A DNA stretch of 64,000 bases from Eledone cirrhosa (lineage: Eukaryota), in assembly GCA_964016885.1 (NCBI GenBank), contig OZ024745.1:118296001-118360000 (forward strand). Direction: 5' to 3'. Below are positions 63,305-64,000 of this stretch, in pieces. Every line of letters starts with the position of its first letter. Position 1 is the first letter of the stretch. Below the pieces are notes generated by a model. The model ran no database searches. It saw only the letters and a list, made by a program, of their open reading frames with translations, and was not told where the DNA came from. Both the position numbers and the translations under genes were made by a program.

Positions 63305-64000
63305 GATAGAGGAAACTATAGATGTATAAAGCTGATGGACCAGGTCATGAAAGTAACAGAAAGAGTTATAGCATAGTTGATTAGGGACCAGATAAAACTA
63401 AATGAGATGCAATTTGGGTTTGTACCAGGAAAAGGCACCGCTGATGCCCTTGTGAGGCAGTTACAGGAAAAGTACCTAGCTAAAAGTAAGCTGCTATACC
63501 TGGCATTCGTCGATCTGGAAAAAGCCTTCGGCACAGACCCCGTGCTATAATCTGGTGGGCTCTTAGAAAATTAGGAGTAGATAAATGGCTTGTGAAGGCT
63601 GTACAAGACATGTATAGAGGAGCAGTCAGCAAAGTTAGGGTTAGCAATGACTATAGCGAAGAATTTAGCATACAGGTCGGTGTCCACCAGGGCTCTATTC
63701 TTAGCCCTTTCCTGTTCATTATAGTTTTGCAGGCAATAACGGAGGAGTTTAACACTGGATGCCCATGGGATCTCATATATGCAGATGATCTTGCACTTAT
63801 AGCTGAATCTATGGTGGAACTAGAGAAGAAATTCCAAAACATGGAAGCACTGACTAGAAAGAAAGGGTCTCAAAGTCAAGCTGACAAAGACTAAGGTTCT
63901 TGTAAGTAGACGAGAAAACATAACCCAGATCCCCTCAAGGAAATGGCCTTGCTCAGTATGTAGGAAAGGTATAGGTAGGAACTCCATCCTCTGCCCCATA
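63305..64000 (+). mobile_element. RTE LINE reverse transcriptase region (frameshifted; runs off window)
   Basis: NYRCIKLMDQVMKV, MQFGFVPGKGT, LAFVDLEKAF, GVHQGSILSPFLF, LIYADDL, KWPCSVCRKG. Confidence 0.93.

Overview
AT-rich, repeat-saturated eukaryotic DNA. The SINE, RTE, Penelope and microsatellite content resembles an octopod cephalopod genome; this is an inference from recalled repeat sequences, with no database search. No complete host gene is visible, only a few candidate small exons on the minus strand. The window is a mosaic of tRNA-derived SINEs, RTE LINE fragments, R4/Dong and CRE-type restriction-like-endonuclease fragments, a deleted Helitron, hAT/piggyBac/mariner-type MITEs and microsatellites. 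Three things stand out. (1) A Penelope-like element (RT + GIY-YIG ORF, 41172-42884) has inverted pseudo-LTRs, each carrying a type I hammerhead ribozyme motif with an unusually long (~100 nt) stem II. It appears nested in a second Penelope copy, and further hammerhead variants occur nearby. (2) A 4.3-kb array of ~110 x 39-bp units is open in four reading frames and could encode a mucin-like Ser-rich protein. (3) Repeated fold-back (inverted) duplications are centred on (TA)n or (CT)n(GA)n tracts at retroelement ends. Most other ORFs in the supplied track are microsatellite or TE artefacts.
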